DNA from: Bythopirellula sp.
GTDB lineage: Bacteria > Planctomycetota > Planctomycetia > Pirellulales > Lacipirellulaceae
Direction of reading: 5' to 3'
Assembly (NCBI GenBank): GCA_965216565.1
Contig: OZ244170.1
Coordinates: 384,001 to 448,000 of the forward strand
Length of the DNA: 64,000 bases
Shown here: positions 47,310-58,174 of the stretch, in pieces
How positions within the stretch are numbered: position 1 is the first letter of the stretch
Layout of the letters: each line of letters begins with the position of its first letter
Program-made: the position numbers and the translations under genes
Notes under the pieces: model-generated
Database searches by the model: none
Seen by the model: the letters and a program-made list of their open reading frames with translations, nothing else
What the model was told of the DNA's origin: nothing

Positions 47310-48719
47310 GTGATGCGTATGCCGATTCGCTATCAATTCATGCTACCGCTCTTGGGAGTTGCTATCGCAAGTTTAGTGGCTATCGGCAGCATCAATGCCC
47401 GCTGGGCCACTCAGCAAACGAGAAGTCGCATTGAGGAGCAGCTACGTGGAGTGGTCTCGGTACTCACCAACAGCAGCTATCCACTGACCAATTCCGTCTT
47501 AAAACAAATGGGAGGATTGGCTAACGCGGAATTCGTGTTGACGGACTCAAGTGGAAGAATGCAAGAGTCTAGCAGTTCGTTGAGCGTCGAAAGACTAGAA
47601 CCAAATAGTTTGACGAGTAAAAACGCCGAAGACGTAACTTTAGGTCCGCTGCTGATTTTAGATTCCAACCCATACCTGCACTCGTCGATTTGGGTGCAAA
47701 GACGAACACGACTAACTGAGCCGAACGTGCTGCATATCTTGTTTGCTCAGGAAGAATTTGATGCAGCTTGGCGAGCAGCATTTTTTCCACCGTTTTTCGT
47801 TGGCATGGGTACTCTCTTGGCGGTTACCGTCGTGATTCATATTGTGGCAGGTAGAGTAAGTAGAATTCTGGCACGGCTAGGTAGAGAAGTGCAGCGATTG
47901 TCGCAAGGAGATTATTCTGTAATTGAGCAACCTGCCTGGAATGACGAGACCAGAGATTTGGCAACATCGATTAATCAAGCAGCCGGTCAGTTGTCAGAAT
48001 ACGAAACAGAATTACGACGCACGGAACGGCTGCAAACCGTTGCCATGTTGGGAGCGGGTTTAGCCCACGAAATGCGAAACGCAGCAACGGGATGTCGCTT
48101 AGCACTCGACTTGCACACCGAAGGTTGTCATGAACAACAGGATGACGACAGCCTAGAAGTTGCTAGGCGTCAGTTAGTATTGATGGAGAATCGTTTGCAA
48201 CAACTGTTGCAAATCGGACATCAGTCAGTAGGGATGACTGAAAGTTCCATTGATCTTTCGGCTCTTGTGTCCGAGTCCATCAGTCTTATTCAGCCCGCAG
48301 CACGTCATGCTGGAATCCAACTTAATTGGGACGCACCCAATGAAGACGTAACCGTTAAAGCAGATGCAGAACTGTTGAGTCAAGCAATTATGAACCTCTT
48401 GCTCAACGCTCTCGATGCTGCCGCTAAAAACCAGACTAAGTGCGAACAAGCAGGCTTAGTTCAGGTTGAAGTGAACCGCTTAGCAGGGCAGTCGGAATTG
48501 ATCGTCTCTGATTCTGGAAACGGCCCTGCTAATAATAGCCCAGGTGATGTCTTCGAGCCTTTCGTAACCAGTAAACCGGAAGGTGTTGGCCTTGGACTAG
48601 CAGTTGCCAAACGAGTAGTCGAAACTTGTGGCGGTCAAATTGGCTGGACTCGCGTCGCTGGCCTGACAAAATTTCGCATACGGTTGCCGTTGGCAACAGC
48701 AGGAGTAAGCAATGTCTAA
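47310..48719 (+). CDS. HAMP sensor histidine kinase
   Basis: Two TMs; AHEMRN, NLLLNA, DSGNG, FEPFVTSK and GLGL boxes. Confidence 0.95.
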   Translation: MMRMPIRYQFMLPLLGVAIASLVAIGSINARWATQQTRSRIEEQLRGVVSVLTNSSYPLTNSVLKQMGGLANAEFVLTDSSGRMQESSSSLSVERLEPNSLTSKNAEDVTLGPLLILDSNPYLHSSIWVQRRTRLTEPNVLHILFAQEEFDAAWRAAFFPPFFVGMGTLLAVTVVIHIVAGRVSRILARLGREVQRLSQGDYSVIEQPAWNDETRDLATSINQAAGQLSEYETELRRTERLQTVAMLGAGLAHEMRNAATGCRLALDLHTEGCHEQQDDDSLEVARRQLVLMENRLQQLLQIGHQSVGMTESSIDLSALVSESISLIQPAARHAGIQLNWDAPNEDVTVKADAELLSQAIMNLLLNALDAAAKNQTKCEQAGLVQVEVNRLAGQSELIVSDSGNGPANNSPGDVFEPFVTSKPEGVGLGLAVAKRVVETCGGQIGWTRVAGLTKFRIRLPLATAGVSNV

Positions 48720-50109
48720 GATATTGGTCGTCGATGATGAGCAGGCGATTTGCTGGGGCTTCGTCAAACTTGGCGAAAGCATGGGGCACCAAGTACTAAC
48801 AGCAGCTTCTGCTGAGGAAGGGCTTCGGGTGGCAGCCCAATCGTCTCCCGACTTACTCGTACTCGATGTTCGTTTGCCCGGCATTGATGGACTAACAGCC
48901 TTGGAAAAATTCAAGGCAATTATCGGGAATGCTCCGGTCATTATTATTACTGCCTTTGGAGCCCTAGATATTGCTGTGAAAGCGGTTCGCGGTGGTGCTT
49001 TTGAGTATCTCATCAAGCCTTTTGATTTAACGGAAGTGCGGGCGGCAATAGAACGTGCACTTCGTAGTGTTGATGAGATTGCTATCGCTCCCTCACATAA
49101 TGACTCTCATGATGAGATGGTTGGAGCAACTCCGATTATGCAGGCCCTATTCAAGCGGATCGCGTTGGCTGCCCAGTCAGAAGCCAATATCCTAGTTAAT
49201 GGCGAAAGCGGAGTCGGCAAGGAATTGGCGGCACGTGCTATTCACTGTTATAGCCCACGAGCAGACGCTCCCTTCGTCGCGGTCAATGTTGCTGCCTTGA
49301 ATTCTAACCTTGCCGAATCAGAATTGTTTGGCCACGTCGATGGTGCCTTTACAGGAGCTAAAAGCAGTAGAGAGGGACTTCTGCAACAAGCCGATGGCGG
49401 TACGCTATTTCTGGATGAAGTTGCGGATATTCCGATGGCACTACAAGTAAAACTTTTGCGTGCAATTGAGCAGCAAGAGGTCTTGCCAGTGGGAGCTGAC
49501 GAGCCAATCAAGACTTCCTTCCGCGTGATTTCAGCAACACACCAGAATCTAAAAAGTCAGGTGAAAGCAAGTGCATTCCGGCACGATCTTTTTTATCGAA
49601 TTTCTGCTTTTGAAATCGTTATCCCTGCACTCCGCCAGCGAATCGAGGACATTCCGCTGTTGGCATCGTTTTTTGCAGTACAAGTGGGTGATGGGTCTCT
49701 CTCGTTAGCTCAAAGCACCCTTACTGACATGAAACAACGCAACTGGTCTGGCAATGTTCGGGAACTTCGCAACGCTATAGAACATGCCAGTGTTGTTGCT
49801 CGTACAGGGATTATTCTGCCTGAACACTTACCCGCTGAACAAGCGAGCTGTGAACCTGAGCCACCTACTTTACCAACTAGCAATCCAAGTTTAGCTGCCG
49901 CCTTAAATCATCGTGCCAACGAGTTGCTCGATGATCCCACAGCGGTAGGGATAGTCTACGAGACACTATTGAAAGAGGCGGAAGCACCTTTACTTAGCAA
50001 TGCTATGGAACGGTTCGACAACGAATGTGCTCCAGCCGCTCGCGCACTGGGTTTGCATCGCACTACATTGAAAAAGAAGCTCAAACAGCACAACATTGTT
50101 GGCGATTAA
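48712..50109 (+). CDS. Sigma54-dependent response regulator (NtrC family)
   Basis: Receiver domain, GESGVGKE, GAFTGA, LFLDEV, GNVREL and Fis-type HTH. Confidence 0.96.
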   Translation: MSKILVVDDEQAICWGFVKLGESMGHQVLTAASAEEGLRVAAQSSPDLLVLDVRLPGIDGLTALEKFKAIIGNAPVIIITAFGALDIAVKAVRGGAFEYLIKPFDLTEVRAAIERALRSVDEIAIAPSHNDSHDEMVGATPIMQALFKRIALAAQSEANILVNGESGVGKELAARAIHCYSPRADAPFVAVNVAALNSNLAESELFGHVDGAFTGAKSSREGLLQQADGGTLFLDEVADIPMALQVKLLRAIEQQEVLPVGADEPIKTSFRVISATHQNLKSQVKASAFRHDLFYRISAFEIVIPALRQRIEDIPLLASFFAVQVGDGSLSLAQSTLTDMKQRNWSGNVRELRNAIEHASVVARTGIILPEHLPAEQASCEPEPPTLPTSNPSLAAALNHRANELLDDPTAVGIVYETLLKEAEAPLLSNAMERFDNECAPAARALGLHRTTLKKKLKQHNIVGD

Positions 50110-50458
50110 GTGAAGTTCGAAGCTTCTTACCTCGGCAGTTTGAACTGTCCGAAAAATCGCAGCTGAAATACAAACCGATACGAATTTCGTATTACGCTAT
50201 GTCGCCTTAGGTGGGATCTGCCGAATGTATTTCATGCAATCTTTTGTTGACCTCGGTCGCCCACACCGAACGTAGATGTGGTTAGTAAGCTGATGGAGGT
50301 TGAATCTTTTGCAGCGAGATTATCGAGTTGCACATTCTTAGATTTTCGATGGCTAAACCATGCCTACGTAGGAAGGGAGGGGCAGAGAAGATTCTTTGAG
50401 AGGATTCCTACTTCTTTTGACAGCCTTACTTCACGAGAATTAGAAAACTAAGGATCTA

Positions 50459-51556
50459 TTGATCTCTGCGCATCCAAAGTGCCTTTCATAATTTCAACTG
50501 GGCGGATTTGAAGAAGGATTGTTTTAAGGAATGACTGATTTGTTGGCCTTTCAGTGTCGATCGAGCTTTGCGTTTGAGGTGCGACACGTCGTCGGGGACG
50601 AAGTTCGCCAGCTTTCCGTACTTCGCATGGCTCCATCTCGGCTCGACCGGATTGAGTTCGGGGGAGTATGCCGGCAGCCACTCGAATTCAACGCTTTCGA
50701 CTCGCGATGCCTCGATACGCTTGCTAACCGCGCGATGGACGCTCCAACGATCCCAAACGACGATCATCGGACGTTGCAGCTTTCGGCGCATCTCGGTGAG
50801 AAACGCGACAACTTCGTTGGTGCGGATGTTGTCGTCATGAATTTGAAACGGCGTACTGATAGTTCGTCGCGTCGGAGAAAGCGCCACGGCACCAATGACG
50901 CTCAAGCGATCGTAACGATCCCAAGCCCGTTGCACCGGTGTCTCACCTGTTTTCGCCCACGTTCGACGGTTCACCGGCTGCAGACGGAAGCCCGTTTCAT
51001 CGATAAATACAATGCTGGCGCCACGCCGACGGGCTTTTTTTTGATCCGCGGCCAATCTTTCTTGCGCCATCGCTCGACCGCTTCGGCGTCTTGTTCGCGG
51101 GCGACTTGTCGAGGTTTCTGCGGGCTGAAGCCCAAGTCGTGCATGATGCGACCGAGGTGGTCGGGATGGTACGTGACGCGAAAACGCTTGCGCACCAACT
51201 CGGCGACGCGAGCGCAAGTCCATAGATCGGTCGAAAAACCCGCTGCGATCGGCCCGGCAACTAGCAGTTCGACTAATTCCTCGCGTTGCTTCTCGGACAA
51301 CTTGGCTTCCCGTGGCGGATGTGGTTTGGCGGCCAAAGCATCCACGCCACCCGACTTCCAAGCCGACTTCCAACGCTTCACGCTGGTCAGGCTCACGCCA
51401 AAAAGGCGGGAAATGGTGCGCAGAGATTCCCCTGTATGGAAATGCTCTGCAGCGCGACGACGACGAGCCTCCAGCTCTGTCGCACTGCCTGGTGTTCTCA
51501 TGGAACATAGTACGGTGCTAGCTCCAGGCAAGGTTCATTTCACGCGCAGAGATCAA
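50459..51556 (-). mobile_element. IS630-family insertion sequence
   Basis: Terminal IRs TTGATCTCTGCGC / GCGCAGAGATCAA flanked by duplicated TA in a CTAG context; GC-richer than its flanks. Confidence 0.93.
50486..51501 (-). CDS. IS630 transposase (two frames joined by a probable -1 frameshift)
   Basis: HTH ORF ends WPRIKKK; DDE ORF has FIDETG, WD and LPAYSPELNPVE; A8G run at ~51034-51042. Confidence 0.9.
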
Positions 51557-51629
51557 TAGAATTATTCAGAATTTTGGTAATCATTAGGTAAGGCAACTCA
51601 GTTCTCATTGAGCTGAAATATAGGGATGG

Positions 51630-52061
51630 GTGTATATGGCTAATCGACCAATTCCAACGCAGTGCCTCGACTGCAAGAAACCTTTTCTTCATGGGGAGGA
51701 GATAAGGAATATTCTTATGGGAATAGAGAGGATTGATGATGGCGGCGGAATTATCACTGACGGTGATATTCTATACCACGTTGCGTTTTGCCTAGACTGC
51801 TGGGGTAGCGTAGGTCAGGAAGCAATAATTGTTCCCGGTCTGTCATTAGAAGCTCCAAAGTTTGAACAGTCAGATTACATCTGCTTCGCAAGTCATAGCT
51901 CAATCAATAACGGAGATAAAATGGTATCGGCATGTACCAATGCAGAATATCACAGTGGGAAATACCCGCTACAAATAGTTGGTGGAGACTGGATTTGGAT
52001 GCTTTGTATGAACTGTGCCTCGGATGTTGATTTCACTGAAGTACAGATACAGCAAAGGTAA
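51630..52061 (+). CDS. Cys-rich putative Zn-binding protein
   Basis: CLDC, FCLDC, CFAS and LCMNC in two similar halves. Confidence 0.65.
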   Translation: MYMANRPIPTQCLDCKKPFLHGEEIRNILMGIERIDDGGGIITDGDILYHVAFCLDCWGSVGQEAIIVPGLSLEAPKFEQSDYICFASHSSINNGDKMVSACTNAEYHSGKYPLQIVGGDWIWMLCMNCASDVDFTEVQIQQR

Positions 52062-52120
52062 TGAGACAGCAGCTCATTTTAGAAGGGGGATTCTGACACT
52101 GCTATTTTTTTTGGTTCAGG

Positions 52121-52507
52121 TTACTTAGGGTCAACGTATTTGACCGGCACTAGATTATGTGTGGCCATATCAACTGCTAGTTGAGCTTGTTCCATAGGAA
52201 TGTAACCGAGTAAGGGTTCGTAGCCGCCTCCTTCTGGCTGCATATCGACGAACAAGATTTCCGTGCGTACCGCACGACAGCCGTCTATCTGAAGTTTTAC
52301 AGATCCCCATACTTCAGCGGTGGTAGTGCTTTGGTTACCTAGTTCAACCTTGACCTTACCTAAATGTTCAAGCTGACCTAGACAGTCTTTCCAAGCCGAA
52401 GGTAATGCTAAGAAGACAGTACCAGTATCGACTAATGCATTGCACTCAAAGGTGGTGTTTGGCTCGCTGAGATTCGAGATTGTGAGTTTAGTAGTAATCC
52501 GCCCCAT
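52121..52507 (-). CDS. Clan AA (retropepsin-like) aspartyl protease
   Basis: ALVDTGT and PLLG motifs. Confidence 0.85.
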   Translation of the reverse strand: MGRITTKLTISNLSEPNTTFECNALVDTGTVFLALPSAWKDCLGQLEHLGKVKVELGNQSTTTAEVWGSVKLQIDGCRAVRTEILFVDMQPEGGGYEPLLGYIPMEQAQLAVDMATHNLVPVKYVDPK

Positions 52508-52691
52508 GAGCGAAGCTTAACACATCAGGAACTGTCATGAATACTATTGATAGAAGAGATTTTTGGCAGCGAGCTAATAGCGTGGTTCGCGAGCGAGGGA
52601 TGAGGTGACCCCAAGGCTTTAGCAGATTCTATTGGTCGACAAGACAATTCGTGATGGGGATGCTCACTAATTTGAGCAAGTCATGATGACT

Positions 52692-55600
52692 TTACTCGTT
52701 GGCGATGAATGCCCTTATAGCCCCGATTGTCCCCTCCTCAGGCTCTTTCAATCTAAGCCACTCGCGTCGCGCTTGACGTACCCATTCCTTCAGCTGATCG
52801 TCGTCCGACAGTTCAGGAGGAGGAAAACGCGTAGCGAGAAGCCGCGATGGTCGCCTTAGCCGAACTCCAAATCGGAACCATGCTAGAGTTCCCGGCGAAT
52901 CGCATCCGTATTTAATGCACATCGGCAAACTAGCGAGTGCGAGTGGTACGTCTCCGTCTAGAATCTGCTCCGCTATGGCTAAGAAACCACCTGCGATCAG
53001 CGACAGTGACGACCAGGCGTCATGGGAAACAGAAAGTGCTTTAGGGATTGGCTTACCCGCAATTCGATCACTGTCGATCTCGTCGACATCTTTTTCAGTA
53101 ATAATACTTGCGATTTCAAGGAAGCTCTTACCCGCCATCCAAGCATCGAGGGGTTTCTCAGCAGAGTTCCATGCTTCTTCCCAGAATTCTGGCGGCTTCC
53201 AATTCAAATCGCGATCGTGGAACAGGTCGGTGTGGTCTCTCACGATGGCTTTGAATTCTGCGGACACATGTTTCAGTTTGGGCGCAGGAATTTGTTTTGC
53301 CAATAAACCCGGTGGAATGTGTTTCACGAGCCGCAAGAATTCCTCACGCCAATCGATGACGTTCCAGTCCCGATAATCCGGCGGCAGCTCAGTTCGTACA
53401 GTATTCCAGGCCTGACTAATCGCAAGCGTTAGAAAGAAGTCTAATCCGGCACGCTGTGCAGCGATGGTTAACCATTCGGGCGCATCTGTCGACTCAATGA
53501 ATTCGGTGCCGATTGCAAGCAAAGCATCCGCATTTGCTTCTGTGACTTCCGGTTCACCACTCTTTCGTCGAAGGTATGCGGCGTATGTTCGACGCAGGAC
53601 TGGCTTCGGATCGATCTGATGCTCATCACCGCCGGCAAGCAGAGACACTACCTGCAACTCTGTGTCGTTAGCTTGATCGGAGCGAAGCGTGTCTGCACAA
53701 AGTGAGTCTAGGAAATCTGATAAGCCACTTTGAACGCGTACAGAATCATCGCTTTTCTGTAGGTAGTCGACTTGGCTTCTCGCACGCTTGACCGAATCGA
53801 AGTCATCGAACGCCACCGGTTTGTCTGGCACTGCCACAACAAGCCCTTGGTTGGCAAAACCTGCTCGTCCAGCACGGCCAGCAGCATTGAGTAACTGCGA
53901 AAACTTTCTACGTTGAACATTCTCTTGTTCTTCTCCCCGTGGGTCGCCAATACGAGAACCGGCAATGATGACGGCGATCGCCGGAAGATTGAGTCCTTGG
54001 GCGAGCGTTCCTGTTGCAAACATGACCGGAGCGCTACGAGACCGGAACATTGATTCAGCACCGATCTTCTCCGTTTCCAACATCAATGACGTGTGAACAG
54101 CAACTCCCTTGTCAAGAAGCGAAAACACTTGTGACTCGGTCCCTAGTTCGTACTCGGCCAACGTGCGGCAGATATCGACGAGTGGGGCATGAGCTGGGAG
54201 TGCGTCGAGAATGGATTCAGCCAACTTGACTTTTTTCCCGTTTGAGAAAGGGTAATGCTTGCTGGCGGGAGTGAAGATCAACGTCTGAATACCGGATTGT
54301 GCAAGCTTACTCCCCAGACTAATGGCGCACTTGTTGACCCAACTGTCACCTTCCCAATGGTATTCCCATTTCTTGAGACGCTTTTCTCGTACCAGTTTCA
54401 GCGGAGCTTCACAGTCGACTCGTGTTACGGCATAGTCGTCCTGTTCTTCCGATTGCCACGCGCCTTGCAGGTTTACGGCGAGAGCGCATTCCGACTTGAA
54501 GGATATCTTCTTCGTTCTGATTGGTCGAGTTTTCAAATCTTCGATAGAGTCACCCGCTCGACTCTGTACGGAGTCGTTATCGACGCCCAAAACCGCTCGC
54601 AACGTCCGCGTGGGACGCCAGCGAATCGTTACAGCTCCACTCGTTCCCTCTGTCGCCTCGGCTAGCCATTCGGAAAGTTCCTCTGGGTTCTGGACGATTG
54701 CCGACATCAGCAGAAAACGACATCCTGGTGCTCTGATCATTAGCTGAGTCAGGACGAGTTCCGCCACCGGCCCGCGAGTAGAACCAGTGTCTCCTAGAAG
54801 ATGACATTCGTCGAAGACAACCAACTGGCAGTCGTGAAATGCTCCAGGTGACAGCCGTAGTGCCAGAGCACACTTTTCGGGCGTCATCACTGCGACCGAA
54901 TTAGCTGGCATTTGATCGACGCGTTCAGCCGTAAATATTGAGTATTCTTGGTCCCCAATAAACGCGAAAATCTCTGTATCCAAGTCCCTTAGCCCTTCGC
55001 GAAGGTCGCCACGGATTTGCTCCGTAAGTGCGTTGGTTGGAGCCAAGTAGAGCACCCAGCCATTTTGAACGGCTTGTGAAATTGCCAATTCGGCGACAAA
55101 AGACTTCCCACTGCCAGTGGGCATCGCTGCTACGCAGTGTTTGGTGTCGCCAAGCAAACAAGCCCGCACGTATTCGAACGCTGATGGCCATAACACCGGC
55201 CGACTCATTGAGCGAGCATTTCCTACCGATCTCGCCTTCAAGTAACTACGATATGCCTCAGCATTCCCGCCTGCTGGATCGGGCACGACGTGAATAAGGG
55301 CTCGCTCTCCAAGGGCAGGTATGCAAAGCCTAAGGAGTACGCTCAGATGAAATATCCGGCTGTATTCATAGCCAAAAAGGGGAAGATTGGCTTCAGCTGA
55401 CTCCATTGAGAGAGCGTTGATGATGCTATCAAGCCGTTGTGTCGAGGAAGATAGAGCATCCTCTACACCTGCGAGCCACGAAGAGAACTCGCCTGCAGCA
55501 GCCCCTAGTTCTATGTAAAGCCGGGCAACGGTGTCCTGCTCAAGTGCTTCGGGCTCTAGGTCATCAGCGTTTCCAAAGTCTTCTGAGAATTCCGTACCCA

Positions 55601-56129
55601 AGGTCGGAGACAGATTCAAACGACACAATGTTTCAAGTCGCTGGAAACACCACACTGCTGCCACATCAGCGATCGAGTTACTTCTCTGGGCCGCTGACTC
55701 GCTTGCTCTCAAAACACTAGCAGCACATGCATCGTATCTGGCAAACAGGTACAGCAGCGATGATTCGACTCTGGCAAACCGCTCGGCTGATCGAACTTCC
55801 TCGACTCGTTCTTCTTCACTAGCTTCCACCGCAACGGCAAGGTAATCAGCCATGAGCGCAATCGCCTCGGCAGCCACAAAACCTGCCGCTTGACGTTCGG
55901 AAGTCTCACGGGCTTCGTCAAGAACGACGTGGAAGATCAAGGTGTTCGCCAAACGCCGCAGGAATGGCTGAACGTCACCTAGTTGCTCAGCAGCATCCTC
56001 GGAGCCGTTGACGCGATATTGAACTACTGCGAGGTAAGCCTGTGACAGTGCACGAGTCGCGTTCTCTTGAATGAGCCCGTCAAACTCTGAGAAGTCCGCG
56101 AACAGGGATCGTGCATAGTCGTCAAACAT
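52692..56129 (-). CDS. Ski2-like SF2 helicase, HamB-like
   Basis: MPTGSGKS, APTNAL, TPEK, DECH, MSA, TLAQGLNLP and AGRAGRAG motifs. Confidence 0.9.
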   Translation of the reverse strand: MFDDYARSLFADFSEFDGLIQENATRALSQAYLAVVQYRVNGSEDAAEQLGDVQPFLRRLANTLIFHVVLDEARETSERQAAGFVAAEAIALMADYLAVAVEASEEERVEEVRSAERFARVESSLLYLFARYDACAASVLRASESAAQRSNSIADVAAVWCFQRLETLCRLNLSPTLGTEFSEDFGNADDLEPEALEQDTVARLYIELGAAAGEFSSWLAGVEDALSSSTQRLDSIINALSMESAEANLPLFGYEYSRIFHLSVLLRLCIPALGERALIHVVPDPAGGNAEAYRSYLKARSVGNARSMSRPVLWPSAFEYVRACLLGDTKHCVAAMPTGSGKSFVAELAISQAVQNGWVLYLAPTNALTEQIRGDLREGLRDLDTEIFAFIGDQEYSIFTAERVDQMPANSVAVMTPEKCALALRLSPGAFHDCQLVVFDECHLLGDTGSTRGPVAELVLTQLMIRAPGCRFLLMSAIVQNPEELSEWLAEATEGTSGAVTIRWRPTRTLRAVLGVDNDSVQSRAGDSIEDLKTRPIRTKKISFKSECALAVNLQGAWQSEEQDDYAVTRVDCEAPLKLVREKRLKKWEYHWEGDSWVNKCAISLGSKLAQSGIQTLIFTPASKHYPFSNGKKVKLAESILDALPAHAPLVDICRTLAEYELGTESQVFSLLDKGVAVHTSLMLETEKIGAESMFRSRSAPVMFATGTLAQGLNLPAIAVIIAGSRIGDPRGEEQENVQRRKFSQLLNAAGRAGRAGFANQGLVVAVPDKPVAFDDFDSVKRARSQVDYLQKSDDSVRVQSGLSDFLDSLCADTLRSDQANDTELQVVSLLAGGDEHQIDPKPVLRRTYAAYLRRKSGEPEVTEANADALLAIGTEFIESTDAPEWLTIAAQRAGLDFFLTLAISQAWNTVRTELPPDYRDWNVIDWREEFLRLVKHIPPGLLAKQIPAPKLKHVSAEFKAIVRDHTDLFHDRDLNWKPPEFWEEAWNSAEKPLDAWMAGKSFLEIASIITEKDVDEIDSDRIAGKPIPKALSVSHDAWSSLSLIAGGFLAIAEQILDGDVPLALASLPMCIKYGCDSPGTLAWFRFGVRLRRPSRLLATRFPPPELSDDDQLKEWVRQARREWLRLKEPEEGTIGAIRAFIANE

Positions 56130-56135
56130 GCCAAT

Positions 56136-57020
56136 TTACCCTTCCCACGCAGCGTATGTACGCATAATGACACAAATGTTATCAAACGCTTCACGAGCGT
56201 CGGCTAACGCCAAAGGAATTAGGATTTTTCGGGAAACAGGAATCGCCAGTTTGCTTAAGGACTGACGCCTTCGATTCCAGTCGCTGGAATGGGCATCATC
56301 ACAGCAGATGAATGGCAAATAACTCCGTTCTTCTTTCCAGAAGCTACTAGCCAGTTTACTGTTCACATCTGCTGGCAAAGCGCACCTAAGTTGATTTACA
56401 GCTGCACGGATCTCTATATCTCGTTTGTTAGAATCAACTTCCCCAAGCTTATTTGATGCGTCAGTGATGCCGCGTCCAGGGTCCTCGAAATAGGCCTTAC
56501 ACTCCCCGGCAGACACTCCCAACGCATCCGATTGATAGACGGCAATCATATCAAGCCCGTGATCGTGAACGTCATACTTGATGCTTGTTTTGGCGAGCAC
56601 ATGTCCGCTCGGATGAAAAGCCTCATCCTTTCGCGATAGATGCATCAGCATGTGGCTGATCCCTTCCCACATCCAAGGGTTACGCACCATGGTTTTAAAC
56701 TCCTCATCGACGTCCTCTTCACCAACTACGGCAACCACGTCTGCGAGAAGCTCCCGATTGAAATTCTGCTCAGCGAAAAGCGCGCGGCGTATTTGAAGGT
56801 TTGCGTCAATGCTCTGAGCAATTGCTGAGACAAGGTAGACGGCTGTGGCATCCAGGCATTGCTGCAGATCGAAGTTGCTCAACAGTGACACGGAATGTGT
56901 TTTGCACTCTGTCTGTTGGAGGCCAAGGCTATCTGAGAGTTCCTCTAACGCCGTCTCAACATCATCGCTGAGTCGATTCACGCCAAAGTAGAGTCCGCTG
57001 GTGGTAATACAATCTGACAT
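56136..57020 (-). CDS. HamA/DUF1837-like PD-(D/E)xK protein
   Basis: HGLD...GECKAY motif, 6 bp upstream of the helicase. Confidence 0.65.
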   Translation of the reverse strand: MSDCITTSGLYFGVNRLSDDVETALEELSDSLGLQQTECKTHSVSLLSNFDLQQCLDATAVYLVSAIAQSIDANLQIRRALFAEQNFNRELLADVVAVVGEEDVDEEFKTMVRNPWMWEGISHMLMHLSRKDEAFHPSGHVLAKTSIKYDVHDHGLDMIAVYQSDALGVSAGECKAYFEDPGRGITDASNKLGEVDSNKRDIEIRAAVNQLRCALPADVNSKLASSFWKEERSYLPFICCDDAHSSDWNRRRQSLSKLAIPVSRKILIPLALADAREAFDNICVIMRTYAAWEG

Positions 57021-57483
57021 CGCTCTTTGATTTGTCTCGACAATAGGACTGAAACCTATTGAGTTAAGTCCTCCGTGGCAGAAACGTACTAAGGCTCTCC
57101 ACCCGTCCTAACTGCTGTTGCTGCTTAGGCCGGATTGTTGAGTATGGAACATATAGTGACTTATCAGCATATTAGAGACTTTTTTCGACATCTGTCCATG
57201 TGACTCATCCTCATTGACAATAGTTTTCACGAAACGTTGCCTACTTGCGCAGATATATGCTGCTTAAAATCATAGGCCTGGGCACGAAGCCAACAGACGT
57301 CCGTTCCTTCAACTAAGGCTCGGCGACAGCAATCGGTCACAGTGATAAGACTAAGCAGCAGTCGAACGGAAAATGCGACCGTCTCGACAGAGCCTGAAAC
57401 CGCAGTCCCCGTTTGGGCTTTGCGTCAGGCAACGCCAAAGTTGTACGTCGAAGAATCTGCCTAGAAAAATAAGTTGTTAAACT

Positions 57484-57925
57484 TCACTCAGCATCAATAA
57501 TGACTTCACAACCGACTGCCTGATGGATTTGAGTAAGGGCCTCCGCCAAGGTCACAGTATTTCTTGCAACTTGGAGTTCGAACATCAAAACCTCGGTAAA
57601 CCCATTGGCAACTTATCCGAAATCAACGAGTCGTCCACGGTAATCGGCAGAGACAAGCTGCAGCGCTCGCCTGGCTCGGGGTAGAATGGGATCGTTATAG
57701 AGACGCAACTGTTCATCTGCGGCATTCGCCTGTTCAGTGAGGCGACGAATCTGACGGTACGTGTCATCACGAGCGTCTGTAAACTCTCGCGAGGAGGCAG
57801 CTACATTGGCAGAGGCCTCTCTGATACCCGCGCTAATGCGCTCCCGCCAAATTGGGAGCATCAAACCAACCATGAAATTAACGTTGTCGTGACCGTTGGC
57901 CGATCCTGCGACAGCGAGTTGATCT
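57484..57925 (-). pseudogene. TolC/CzcC-family outer-membrane efflux protein, C-terminal fragment
   Basis: LPIWRERISAGIREA...ILPRARRALQ...YRG; the frame continues past an internal TAA at 57613-57615 to ...QAVGCEV; N-terminus absent. Confidence 0.75.
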
Positions 57926-58019
57926 CCATGAGATGGACATACGTTCCGTCGATGAAATCAAGCCCTACTCGGTTTTAAGGCGAACTGTAAGTTAATTCCC
58001 TAAAAATCGGACTGGCCTC

Positions 58020-58074
58020 TTGACGCAAGTTTAGCCTTGGCTAAACTATCGCAAAGTTTAGCCTGCGCTTAACT
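58020..58074 (+). promoter_or_regulatory. Promoter overlapped by two DtxR/MntR-type operators
   Basis: TTGACG-16nt-TAAACT; palindrome AGTTTAGCC-TT-GGCTAAACT (58028-58047) and imperfect copy (58055-58074). Confidence 0.75.
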
Positions 58075-58174
58075 TGGTTCGGCATTGCCGTTTGGTTCTC
58101 TCAAAGAGTCCGTACGGTTGTACGGAGAAGTTGCGCGCATCCTCAATCCCTTCACGCAATTCCGGGAGGTAGGT

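Noticed and set aside
50200..50290. Minus-strand peptide VWATEVNKRLHEI resembling an addiction-module antitoxin
   Set aside because: Too short, bounded by stops, and no toxin nearby
50531..51559. 342-aa ORF antisense to the transposase
   Set aside because: Shadow frame of GC-rich IS DNA with no recognisable motifs
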